Positions 49,389 through 58,288 of a stretch of DNA of 64,000 bases are shown one piece after another. The DNA is from Nitrosopumilaceae archaeon (lineage in GTDB: Archaea; Thermoproteota; Nitrososphaeria; Nitrososphaerales; Nitrosopumilaceae). The stretch lies in NCBI GenBank assembly GCA_965207375.1, contig OZ242274.1, positions 96,001-160,000 of the forward strand, in the 5' to 3' direction. Position 1 is the stretch's first letter. Each line of letters begins with the position of its first letter. A program made the position numbers and the translations under genes. A model generated the notes under the pieces. That model worked only from the letters and a program-made list of their open reading frames with translations, did no database searches and was not told where the DNA came from.

Positions 49389-51061
49389 GTTACGATAGTT
49401 TGAGTGTCATCGTCACGTACTAGTGCTAGATCCTTCCAGTATCTGGTGTTTTCCCCATCAATCCTAGTGATTCCCTGTTTGTGTCCGTGTTTTTCCATTA
49501 GTTGGTTAAATTTAGTATTGGTCTTTTCTGGTTTTTGTAATGTCTTACAGAATAAAGTATACGCAGTATGAACGGCACCTACTGTGGCATGGGATTCATT
49601 GTCCCTCCTTGGCCTTAGTCTTGTCATAATAAATAGGGTGGCAACATCAGAGTTACTCTGCCATAACTCCTTGACTAGTGCCGTATCCTGAGTATACGTA
49701 AAGTCTTTGTTGATGACATCTTGCAGATAAAATATCAGTGAGTTTAGTATTTTTGTTCTTTGCTCTGGCGTTTTCAGATTGTTTTCAAGTAATGTGTCAC
49801 GATCAAATTTTTTCACAAACGGTAAGATTCTGAACCTGTCAAGTATTGATTCGGACCATTCAGACGGGTTAGGCATCTCATTACAGGAGAAAAACATCAT
49901 GGCAGTAATATCTGCCTTGTGTGCCTGCACATTCTTTGCCTGTACAGACAGCATGTCACCCGGAATTACAAGCCTCTTGATTTTATTAGAGCCCTCAAGG
50001 GCATCTGATGGAATATCTGCAGATATGTTGGCTAGACTGCCCTCCAAATTAGATGCTGCAAATCGGTCGTTTTGTATGTCTTGTAGATCCTCAGATGACG
50101 TACAGTTTTGACCCAGCACTGCCTGATACGTGTTAAGTATGGTTGATTTTCCATTGCGGCCGTCACCCACCATACAAATTAGGGCACGTGGATGGTATTT
50201 TCCCCTAGTCAGGCTTGCAGCCATGTATTGCAACAACATTGTACCGTTTTTCTGGCCTGCTGCCCACATCACCATGTCCTCAAACATCTCTTCTCTGCCA
50301 TGTTCTGGCTTGAATTCGGTGTCAATCTGTATGAGTGACTTTATGTCTCTTTGAATCATCTTACCTATTCTAAGATCTACAAATCCATTTTTGCAGTTTA
50401 GGATCATCGGATCTGCGTCAAATTCACTTCTTTCATGCAGACATTGATCTTTCACTGCTGCTACCACTGCATTAACTATGTAGGGTTTCCAGTATTTCTC
50501 ATCAATTCCATCGTGTAGAATTTTTCGAAGTACTGCCTCACCATGTACACAATAAACACCGTTTTCTTCATGATACAGCTGTTTTGGGGTGTCTCGGATT
50601 ACTGCAAAATTGTGTTTTTCCAAAATTTCTGCTGCAATTGCCTTAACAGGTGGCAACTCGGCCTTCCCATCATAATCATGTACCAAAGAGATGGGTACTT
50701 GGCTCTTACCCATTTTCTTTAACCTGATTTTCTCAAAGTCGGTCTCTATCAGAGCCTCATTTGTGATACTAGCCTTTTCAAATTTTAGACGGTCGTAGTC
50801 TCTCATTACATTATGATTGTAATGGCCCTTGTCGTAGATACTTAGGATATGCTCTTTACAATCTGCGCACCATGGGGTTTCTTTTGTAATGGCTATTTTC
50901 TCGTCATATTCAGTGAATTTATGACCCTTTTCTTTGCAATAATTAAGACATAAACTACTAGAGGCGTCCTTTTTGGAATCGGCATAGTATTTCCCACAGA
51001 TCTCACAATCAACTAACCTTAGTGGAAGTTTAGTCAATTCCAAAACCTCTCCCTTTGACAA
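49367..51061 (-). CDS. P4/D5-family SF3 helicase with N-terminal zinc fingers
   Basis: LNCKNGFVDL (D5_N), GDGRNGKST, FSCNEMP, DRF, C-terminal winged helix; N-terminal CEIC and CADC. Confidence 0.88.
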   Translation of the reverse strand: MSKGEVLELTKLPLRLVDCEICGKYYADSKKDASSSLCLNYCKEKGHKFTEYDEKIAITKETPWCADCKEHILSIYDKGHYNHNVMRDYDRLKFEKASITNEALIETDFEKIRLKKMGKSQVPISLVHDYDGKAELPPVKAIAAEILEKHNFAVIRDTPKQLYHEENGVYCVHGEAVLRKILHDGIDEKYWKPYIVNAVVAAVKDQCLHERSEFDADPMILNCKNGFVDLRIGKMIQRDIKSLIQIDTEFKPEHGREEMFEDMVMWAAGQKNGTMLLQYMAASLTRGKYHPRALICMVGDGRNGKSTILNTYQAVLGQNCTSSEDLQDIQNDRFAASNLEGSLANISADIPSDALEGSNKIKRLVIPGDMLSVQAKNVQAHKADITAMMFFSCNEMPNPSEWSESILDRFRILPFVKKFDRDTLLENNLKTPEQRTKILNSLIFYLQDVINKDFTYTQDTALVKELWQSNSDVATLFIMTRLRPRRDNESHATVGAVHTAYTLFCKTLQKPEKTNTKFNQLMEKHGHKQGITRIDGENTRYWKDLALVRDDDTQTIVTAYTDHG

Positions 51062-51163
51062 GCATTGTCAATTGTCCGTAGATGCCATACATTGCACATA
51101 TATCACCAATCTGGACATGTTTACAGTGCAGTACAGGTGTCTCAGAGATTGAAGATACAGTCA

Positions 51164-52339
51164 TCATCCGACCCCTCCAAGTTGTGCTATTACCTCTCCG
51201 TTGTGTTCCTCTAATGTTTGAAATGTTGCTTCATCGTTTTGTGCAAGAATGCCCTGAGTTGCAGTACCCTTCCAGTCCTTTAAAGAATCAGATTTTACAA
51301 TATGCAGCCACATCCTGCCATTTTCGGTATTATACACACACAAGATAAAATCAACACCGGTGCTTTCTGCGTGTTGTATAGATACTGCACATGTCTTTTT
51401 ATGTATTCGCTTGGTCCTGTTGCTTGGCTCATCTGAAATACTCCTGACTATGACTAACATGGTAGCCTTTAGGTTTCCATGCTTGTCATGCAGGAAGATG
51501 TGAGGGTCTGCCTTGTTTTGGCCACGCTTTGATTTGAGTCCATATTTTCTGATCTTGTCGCGCAGTACCTCTATTGGCTGTTCTGGATTATCAGGTATGG
51601 CCTCCTCAGGTACAGGCAGAGATTCAGATGATTGTATGTCATCATCTTTGTCATCTGGTATAGTGTTTTCTGCTATGATTTTAGTTTGCAGGGCCATCTG
51701 TTTTAGCACAGAATTGATATATGAGATTTTATGCTCTAGTGCATCTATCTTTGATATATGTGAGATTAACTCGTCTGCCTTGGAAGACGTCTTTGTTGTC
51801 TCATCTAGAATTGTATCATGTTTATCTGATATCTGTTGCAGAGATGAATTTATTTGCTGTTTTATGTTTTGTATCATCTCGTCATTATGCTTTTTTATTT
51901 CTGAACTACCAGATACCATGCAGATATCCATCCTCTTTTCAATATCTTGTGCAGTCGCGTTTATTGTCTGATCTAGCAGCTTTACACTATCAGTATAGAT
52001 TTTTTTTATTTCTCGCCTTGCATTATCTGATTTTTTTTCGTAATATTTTATCCACCAGTTGAAAAACCACCATGTTGGTGGACCAAACGACATAACAACG
52101 ACTGTAATAATTACATCTACTTGCACCTTGTCTAGTTGTAACGGTTCTACAATGGAAGAAATCCACGGATATATAACCAAAAACATAATCAGAATTGTAA
52201 TAATCAACGGTGTGGCATAAACGAGCAAACTATTTCCTATTTTTAATTCTATTTTCGCCTTGAGGTCGCCTACGGCCATAGCAACACCGAGTCCTACTGT
52301 GAAAATTATTATTGCAATCATTTCGGTCGAGTCAATCAT
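51164..52339 (-). CDS. Membrane protein with coiled coil and a C-terminal alpha/beta domain
   Basis: Three N-terminal TM helices, heptad region, acidic linker. Confidence 0.75.
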   Translation of the reverse strand: MIDSTEMIAIIIFTVGLGVAMAVGDLKAKIELKIGNSLLVYATPLIITILIMFLVIYPWISSIVEPLQLDKVQVDVIITVVVMSFGPPTWWFFNWWIKYYEKKSDNARREIKKIYTDSVKLLDQTINATAQDIEKRMDICMVSGSSEIKKHNDEMIQNIKQQINSSLQQISDKHDTILDETTKTSSKADELISHISKIDALEHKISYINSVLKQMALQTKIIAENTIPDDKDDDIQSSESLPVPEEAIPDNPEQPIEVLRDKIRKYGLKSKRGQNKADPHIFLHDKHGNLKATMLVIVRSISDEPSNRTKRIHKKTCAVSIQHAESTGVDFILCVYNTENGRMWLHIVKSDSLKDWKGTATQGILAQNDEATFQTLEEHNGEVIAQLGGVG

Positions 52340-52435
52340 GATATAATCCTCCTTTCAAGTCAGAAAATCCAAGCAAAGACGCATCTGTGCCATGTTGAAT
52401 ATCACATATTGACAAGCAGTTGGATTGTGGTTCCA

Positions 52436-52630
52436 TCATGATGCCTCCCCTGCGCATTTTTCTTGTATTGGAGCCTGTACTTCAGAAAATCCACCACTTG
52501 ATCTCAGTGCAATATCGGCACAGATATCACAGCAATTTATGATATACAGGATGCCATTTTGTTCTTGAGTTAATTGCCTATCTAGATTTTGATGTCTACA
52601 TTTTAGTATTTTCATATATGTATGAGTCAT
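52436..52630 (-). CDS. Small putative zinc-binding protein
   Basis: CRH...CCDIC; first gene of the leftward operon. Confidence 0.5.
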   Translation of the reverse strand: MTHTYMKILKCRHQNLDRQLTQEQNGILYIINCCDICADIALRSSGGFSEVQAPIQEKCAGEAS

Positions 52631-52736
52631 CTTCAGTAGTTAATAGGTAGAAAACTATAAAACATTTTCTATGTCAAGTTTAGTTCATATATAGATATTC
52701 TATTATAATTAAATATGTGAACATTTATGTAAAAAC

Positions 52737-53378
52737 ATGAAAAAGATAGACGGAATTTTGATGTTGTGTAGCGATGGTGAAGTCAGCTTAAAACATATTG
52801 CCGAAGAAATGAAATGGAGCACAGGTGCAACATCAGTTGCCATAGCTGGACTAGTTAGCAGGGGTTTGTTACAAAAGACACGTTATGGATTTTACAGTAT
52901 AACTAAAACAGGGTTAAAAAGACTCAAGGAAAACATCAAAAATGATCCAGAGCGACATGACGACATTGAAACAATAATACAAAGAACTGTTGCTCTTTTC
53001 ACCGTAGATTCACGTTTTGATATCATAAAGGCACTCAAGTATGAAAAAGAGAGCATGAGACCCTCTGAGCATACAAAAAAACTAAGGAATACAATCAGAA
53101 GCATATACATTGAATCTGTCAGTTCTGAACATCACAATGATTATGATTTGATAAAAAGTATGTGGAGAACCCATCAAAAGCCAAAATGTTCAAGTTGTGG
53201 ATTTGATTTTGAAAAAGCGTATAATAATTATTTAGTACATATCAAAGATGTAGTAGGCAAAAGAAGACTGTACAAAAATTTACGATGGGAATCGTTTCCA
53301 GATATAGAAAAATATAGGCGGAATTTTGGAATGACTACAACATTTACAGAACCTGAAATTCCTGATGATTGGAACTAA
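52737..53378 (+). CDS. Winged-HTH regulator with a C-terminal CxxC
   Basis: SLKHIAEEM...TS.AIAGLVSRGLL..TRYG.YSITKTG; divergent from the replication operon. Confidence 0.75.
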   Translation: MKKIDGILMLCSDGEVSLKHIAEEMKWSTGATSVAIAGLVSRGLLQKTRYGFYSITKTGLKRLKENIKNDPERHDDIETIIQRTVALFTVDSRFDIIKALKYEKESMRPSEHTKKLRNTIRSIYIESVSSEHHNDYDLIKSMWRTHQKPKCSSCGFDFEKAYNNYLVHIKDVVGKRRLYKNLRWESFPDIEKYRRNFGMTTTFTEPEIPDDWN

Positions 53379-53567
53379 TTATAATCCTGATAATACTCAT
53401 CTAATTTTGACATGCTGTAAATTTTGTAACTGTATGAACTATCTTTACAAAAATAATCATTGGATAGATATCTAGAGACGGAAAATATTCGTAACATTCC
53501 GACTCTCTGAAGTTCCTTATATAGTCAGGCAGTAAAGCATAAGGATCACTATCATCAGCATAAAATT

Positions 53568-55058
53568 ATGATGCCGGGATTTGATCTTGAAGAAATAGAC
53601 TGGAAGAATCCCGATGTCAACAAGCTTTTCGAGGTTCTTACTGAAAAATTTGATCAAATGGATAAACAAATGAAAGATCTGCAAAAAGACAATCAGCTAA
53701 AAGATGTAGAAAGCAAACAAGTGATTGCAGAAAATAAACAAGTGATTGCAGAAAATAAACAAGTAATCACAGAAAACAAACAGCTAAAAGAAGAAATCGT
53801 TCAACTAAAAAAACTCATAGCAAAACTGCAAAAGAAAAAAACAAGATCCAGTCATGTCAGTAGCTATAACACCAGAGAGTACAAGGGATACCCAGAGATC
53901 AAAAAACAAAAGACGCAGCCAAAATATACGCAACAAGACCATGAGACCACAGATGTAATTGTAGATCACAAGTTTTGTCCATCATGTGGTAATCCGCTTG
54001 CAGATTCGTCAAGCAAATACACTAGAAACGGTGAATCGATAATAGACGGCAAATGGTCTGGTGTCAACATGACTATTGTGGGTAGATACTGCAAAAAATG
54101 TGTACGCATGCAATATGCAAAACCTATTGACTTTATGCCAGAAGAGCATTTTAGCATCACAATAATGGCAAGAATTTCTGCAATGAGAAACCTGACTATA
54201 TCGTATGGCAAAATACAAAAACTCTTGCAGATGTTTTACGGCAAAAATATTGCCATATCCACACTTGAAAAACTTGATGCACGTGTCTCAAAATGCCTAG
54301 AACCTGTATATTATTCGCTTCTTGATGAGATTGTCAAGGCAAAAATCCTAGGAGGTGACGAAACAGGATGGTATCTAAACGGCAAACTGTGCTGGGCATG
54401 GGTGTTTCATTCTGTATATACGGTAGTATATCACATCGCACAATCTAGAAGCAAAATGGTATCTGAGACGTTTCTAAAGGATTTTGAAGGCATACTGATG
54501 GGTGACTCTCATCCCGGATGGAGTGTTGCAGATATACTTCAAAAATGCCTGCTACACTATTTCAGAGACATGTATAGAACGCTTGAAAAAAATGACAAAA
54601 AAGAATTTCAAACATTCTTTGATGAACTATACAAGATACTAAAATCTGCAATAAAGCTTGGCAAAAAACACGACACAGTACAGGACATTCCAAAGCGCAG
54701 CATAACTAAACTGCAAAAAAGAATCAATGCACTTGCTACAGGAACATATGAGGATACAGATTGTCTCAGATATGTAAAGCGACTAAAACGCGAGGGTAAC
54801 TCTTTGCTAACATTTCTAAAATATGATGGTGTGCCGTACCACAACAATGCAAGCGAGCAGGCAATGCGCATATTTGCTATAATGAGGAAGATATTCTACG
54901 GTAGTCGCTCAGAGAGAGGCCTAAAAACCACAGAGATACGTCAAAGCATATTTGCCACATGTGAAAGGCGCGATGTAAATCCGTATCATTTCGTCAAGGA
55001 GTATCTGCGTGGAAATATCAAAGAAATTCCCATGCCAAAAGTCACAGTTGCTGCATGA
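53568..55058 (+). CDS. IS66-family transposase
   Basis: Coiled coil, CPSCG, GDETGW, QKCLLH, HNNASEQAMR. Confidence 0.93.
   Translation: MMPGFDLEEIDWKNPDVNKLFEVLTEKFDQMDKQMKDLQKDNQLKDVESKQVIAENKQVIAENKQVITENKQLKEEIVQLKKLIAKLQKKKTRSSHVSSYNTREYKGYPEIKKQKTQPKYTQQDHETTDVIVDHKFCPSCGNPLADSSSKYTRNGESIIDGKWSGVNMTIVGRYCKKCVRMQYAKPIDFMPEEHFSITIMARISAMRNLTISYGKIQKLLQMFYGKNIAISTLEKLDARVSKCLEPVYYSLLDEIVKAKILGGDETGWYLNGKLCWAWVFHSVYTVVYHIAQSRSKMVSETFLKDFEGILMGDSHPGWSVADILQKCLLHYFRDMYRTLEKNDKKEFQTFFDELYKILKSAIKLGKKHDTVQDIPKRSITKLQKRINALATGTYEDTDCLRYVKRLKREGNSLLTFLKYDGVPYHNNASEQAMRIFAIMRKIFYGSRSERGLKTTEIRQSIFATCERRDVNPYHFVKEYLRGNIKEIPMPKVTVAA
53715..53777 (+). repeat. Three 21-bp tandem repeats encoding KQVI(A/T)EN
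   Basis: aaacaagtgattgcagaaaat twice plus one variant. Confidence 0.85.
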
Positions 55059-55233
55059 TACCATCAAATGTACAGTGTATAATACACAAAATTTGTTACT
55101 GTATGATCATTTCTGTAATCTGAATCTGTTGTATACTGGTTCATTGACGTAAACTGCACCGGGGTTTTGCATGCAGTTTCATGGGTCATCTAAATCCCAG
55201 AGTAACTTCAGAAAGTCGATCTGTTACAAATAT

Positions 55234-56412
55234 TCATTGTCTTGCTGACTCAAACATTGATTCTCGTAATACCTTTTGTACTTCGTCTCGGATCATATCC
55301 CTAACTGCATCCTTTGCAATGTGGGTTTTTTCAAGCTTTGATTTTTGTTCCTGAATCTTTTCTAACTCCATCTGTTTTCTTGCTGAATCATCTATTGTCA
55401 GAAACGGAATCGCCTTTTGATACTCGGGGAACCTCTCAAAGTCCTCTTCGACATACCTCTCATAGCTTGATTCAAGACCAGTTTTGTGTCCCATCATGTC
55501 TTCTTTGTCTGCAAAGTTTATCCTTGCACGGCGCAGCATTGTGTTAAAATATTTTCGAAATCCATGATCCAACTGTACTGCGTATCTTTTCTTTCCTGGG
55601 ATCATCTTCTCCCTTATGCCTAGATGCCCGACTATTTTTTTGACCCTTCTAGACACACCCGTATGGTATAGCCTTGTGGGAAACTGGGATCTTTCTTGTA
55701 CCAACAATGGGTCAGACGGGGATGGCTCCTTCATGAATTTGTTTCTCCAATATGCCCTGTACAGGTCAAGCAGGTTGCAAAATTCTGGTGTGACATGAGT
55801 CCAGTACTCTTCGCTGTCACCACGGTATACGCGTAGTGCACCACCTTTGTATGTCCCGTCACTGTTTCTAAACAAAGTAACATCATCCCAAGTAAAGTAA
55901 TCCCATGCCTCCAGCCTAAATCCGCCTGAAGCAAATCCTACAATTATTACCTTGTCTATAATGTCCTCGCAATGTACAAGCATGCCCTGGATCTCTTCTT
56001 TTGTATATGCTCGGTCTTCACTCTTTGTATTCTTTGGTAACGACTTGTCAATTAGATACCAAGAGAACTCTATATCGTTTGAGCGCAACAGGGATTTTAT
56101 CGGTTTTATCCTGTTTCTTGCAGTGTTTGTATTGAGATCTTTTTTTTCTATCTGCTTTCTTACATACTGGACGTATCTTTTGATCTGTTCTTTGCCCTTT
56201 GTAGGATCCGTTTTCATAGATTCCACAAAATCATTTACAAGTATAGCAAGCTCGTCATCAGATAGTAGTGTTCTTTTTTGCTGTGGAAGATCCCACCTAT
56301 ATCTAGGATTAAGAAACATCTCCAACTGCCCGCGATATTTCCTTCGGGTCGCATCATCTCTTATTGCACTCATGAAATTCTCAAACGGTGTAAAGTCCCC
56401 TAACTTTTCCAT
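55234..56412 (-). CDS. Tyrosine recombinase / integrase
   Basis: SGGFR, HGFRKYF, MMGH, SY; TATA-like TTTATAA upstream of ATG 56412; adjacent to the tRNA 3' end. Confidence 0.92.
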   Translation of the reverse strand: MEKLGDFTPFENFMSAIRDDATRRKYRGQLEMFLNPRYRWDLPQQKRTLLSDDELAILVNDFVESMKTDPTKGKEQIKRYVQYVRKQIEKKDLNTNTARNRIKPIKSLLRSNDIEFSWYLIDKSLPKNTKSEDRAYTKEEIQGMLVHCEDIIDKVIIVGFASGGFRLEAWDYFTWDDVTLFRNSDGTYKGGALRVYRGDSEEYWTHVTPEFCNLLDLYRAYWRNKFMKEPSPSDPLLVQERSQFPTRLYHTGVSRRVKKIVGHLGIREKMIPGKKRYAVQLDHGFRKYFNTMLRRARINFADKEDMMGHKTGLESSYERYVEEDFERFPEYQKAIPFLTIDDSARKQMELEKIQEQKSKLEKTHIAKDAVRDMIRDEVQKVLRESMFESARQ

Positions 56413-56476
56413 GTTATAGTCATAATGACTCATAGAATTATAAAAACATGGAACCAAATAAAGGAATAAAATGGTA

Positions 56477-56550
56477 TGGGCCCGAAGGGCTTCGATCCCT
56501 TGGCTCACCGATTATGAGTCGGTTACTCTACCAAGCTGAGTTACGGGCCC
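56477..56550 (-). tRNA. tRNA with CAU anticodon, probably tRNA-Ile2
   Basis: GGGCCCG acceptor stem, ACCGA-CTCATAA-TCGGT anticodon arm, discriminator A; the GGGCCC stem favours Ile over Met. Confidence 0.88.
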
Positions 56551-56584
56551 TAGAAGGATAATTTTGTATCTCAGGTATAAAATG

Positions 56585-57229
56585 TTATGAAGGCTGGCAG
56601 TAGGCCTCATAGCAGCCATCAAGCAACAGATTCTGTGCAGCAATAGACATGTCTGCAATCTTTATTAGCTGATCTTTTGATGTGACAGAGTCCTCCAAGA
56701 TATTTCTCCAAGATGCCGCATGTCTGATGTCTGCCTCGGTGTGTAACTTGAAGTATTGTGTTGCCTGTTGGGTAGTGATGCCATAAAATTCGGCTAGTCC
56801 ATCAAGCTTTGTCTGACTAATTTTTGGAATTTCCTTTTCAAATGCATACATTGCACAAGAGCCTCCCTCAAAGCTAGTCATAAGAGAGCCAAGAGAATCA
56901 ACTGCCCTGTTGGTTTTTTCCAATCCCGCATAACACTCTAGCTCGGATTTGCCTACTCCAAGCTCGCCTGCAAAGCTGATCCAAGGATCGATGTGAGAAT
57001 ACTCTTCTGCCTGATTGTCTGCAAGTTCACCCCTGACAGATTCGGGCGCCTTTTGAATTATCGGCGTCATAAATCCAGGAACTGCCTTTACAAGCTGAAA
57101 ATATTCTTTGGAATATCCTGCCAAAGAGTCACGCGTCAGCTTTCCGGCAGACCACATTTCGTAAAACGGATGCTTTAGCAAACTCTGAGCCTGAATCATC
57201 TCGTCAATTCTTTGTATTAATTTACTCAT
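56585..57229 (-). CDS. TenA/PqqC/CADD-like heme-oxygenase-fold protein
   Basis: LLKHPFY..W..G.L, EEYSH, YAFE, YFKLH..AD.RH. Confidence 0.85.
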   Translation of the reverse strand: MSKLIQRIDEMIQAQSLLKHPFYEMWSAGKLTRDSLAGYSKEYFQLVKAVPGFMTPIIQKAPESVRGELADNQAEEYSHIDPWISFAGELGVGKSELECYAGLEKTNRAVDSLGSLMTSFEGGSCAMYAFEKEIPKISQTKLDGLAEFYGITTQQATQYFKLHTEADIRHAASWRNILEDSVTSKDQLIKIADMSIAAQNLLLDGCYEAYCQPS

Positions 57230-57308
57230 ATCTGATGTATCATGAGGCCAATAAAAAAATCTTTGTTGTTCCAAAAGATTTTATGGTTAAGACAAATCGT
57301 TGAATCAG

Positions 57309-57384
57309 GCTCCTATGGTGTAGACCGGTCAAGCATACTGCCCTTTCAAGGCAGTGATCTCGGGTTCAAATCCCGATGGGAGCA
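57309..57384 (+). tRNA. tRNA-Glu(UUC)
   Basis: GCTCCTA/TGGGAGC acceptor stem, CTGCC-CTTTCAA-GGCAG anticodon arm, GGTTCAAATCC T arm. Confidence 0.95.
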
Positions 57385-57409
57385 TTTTAAAATCAAGATT
57401 TAATTACTG

Positions 57410-58288
57410 ATGATAGAGTTTTTGAATCAGGCAAACTTGGACAGGAAAAACATTGAGATTAATCCGCTGTTAGAAACCTATGGAAGATACATTGATAAAA
57501 TTAACGATGCATTAAACAGAGAATTAGAACTGTACTCTGAATCCGAATTCATAGAGCCCTTAAAATATTCGCTAAACGGCGGCAAACGAATCAGACCAAT
57601 CATTTTGATTTTGTCAGCTGAAAGTGTAGGCAATGTAGATGACAACTCATATTCGGCAGCATGTGCAGTTGAATTTCTCCACATGGAATCAATAATACAC
57701 GACGACATTATCGATGAGGAAACACTGCGGCGCCACAAGGATCCCTTTCACATAAAGTACGGATACAATACAAGCATACTAACAGGAGACTTTGTCCTAG
57801 GTTTGATTTTGGGCATATCATCAAAACTAAACAACGCCAGAATTACAAAGGATCTGGCCACAACTGCCATGCTCATGAGCGAGGGCGAGATGATCGAGGC
57901 AAGGTTGGAGGGAAGTGAGGATGTAACATTTGATGACTATCTAAAGGTAATGGAATACAAAACGGCAACTGCATTTGAGGTTGCAGCACGCATAGGTGCA
58001 ATTATCGCAGGTGCAAGCGAGGAGGAAATTGAGGCACTGACCGAATATGGAAGAAACATAGGAGTTGCATATCAGATAAGAGATGACCTACTAGATTGGA
58101 AAAACGAAGACAAGCTGTTTAATTTACTAATCAAGAAAAGCTCTGATCCCAGAGATGTATTTGACAAGATGGAGGAGCTCTTAAAGGAATATTCTGAAAA
58201 GGCGCGCGCAGGTCTGAGAAGAATTCCTGACAATGATGCAAAGATAAACCTGGAAAACCTGATAAAATTTACCACGTTTAAGGCATAA
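57410..58288 (+). CDS. Polyprenyl (geranylgeranyl) diphosphate synthase
   Basis: GGKRIRP, HDDIID, KTA, YQIRDDLLD. Confidence 0.92.
   Translation: MIEFLNQANLDRKNIEINPLLETYGRYIDKINDALNRELELYSESEFIEPLKYSLNGGKRIRPIILILSAESVGNVDDNSYSAACAVEFLHMESIIHDDIIDEETLRRHKDPFHIKYGYNTSILTGDFVLGLILGISSKLNNARITKDLATTAMLMSEGEMIEARLEGSEDVTFDDYLKVMEYKTATAFEVAARIGAIIAGASEEEIEALTEYGRNIGVAYQIRDDLLDWKNEDKLFNLLIKKSSDPRDVFDKMEELLKEYSEKARAGLRRIPDNDAKINLENLIKFTTFKA

Larger units (their letters stand above)
53491..55227 (+). mobile_element. Complete IS66-family element with 8-bp TSD
   Basis: IRs GTAACATTCCGACTCTCTGAAGTT / AACTTCAGAAAGTCGATCTGTTAC; TSD AAATATTC at 53483-53490 and 55228-55235. Confidence 0.94.
15924..56495. 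mobile_element. About 40.6-kb integrative element / defence island inserted in tRNA-Ile(CAU)
   Basis: Integrase next to the tRNA 3' end, direct repeat at the far end, SF3 helicase, defence cargo. Confidence 0.75.

Noticed and set aside
56413-56508. Integrase ORF extends into the tRNA, and circularisation would fuse it in frame to an ATG at 15970 (SSV1-type split integrase)
   Set aside because: The extension looks non-coding and contains a TATA-like box suitably placed for ATG 56412; the 392-aa protein is already full length, so the open frame may be chance.
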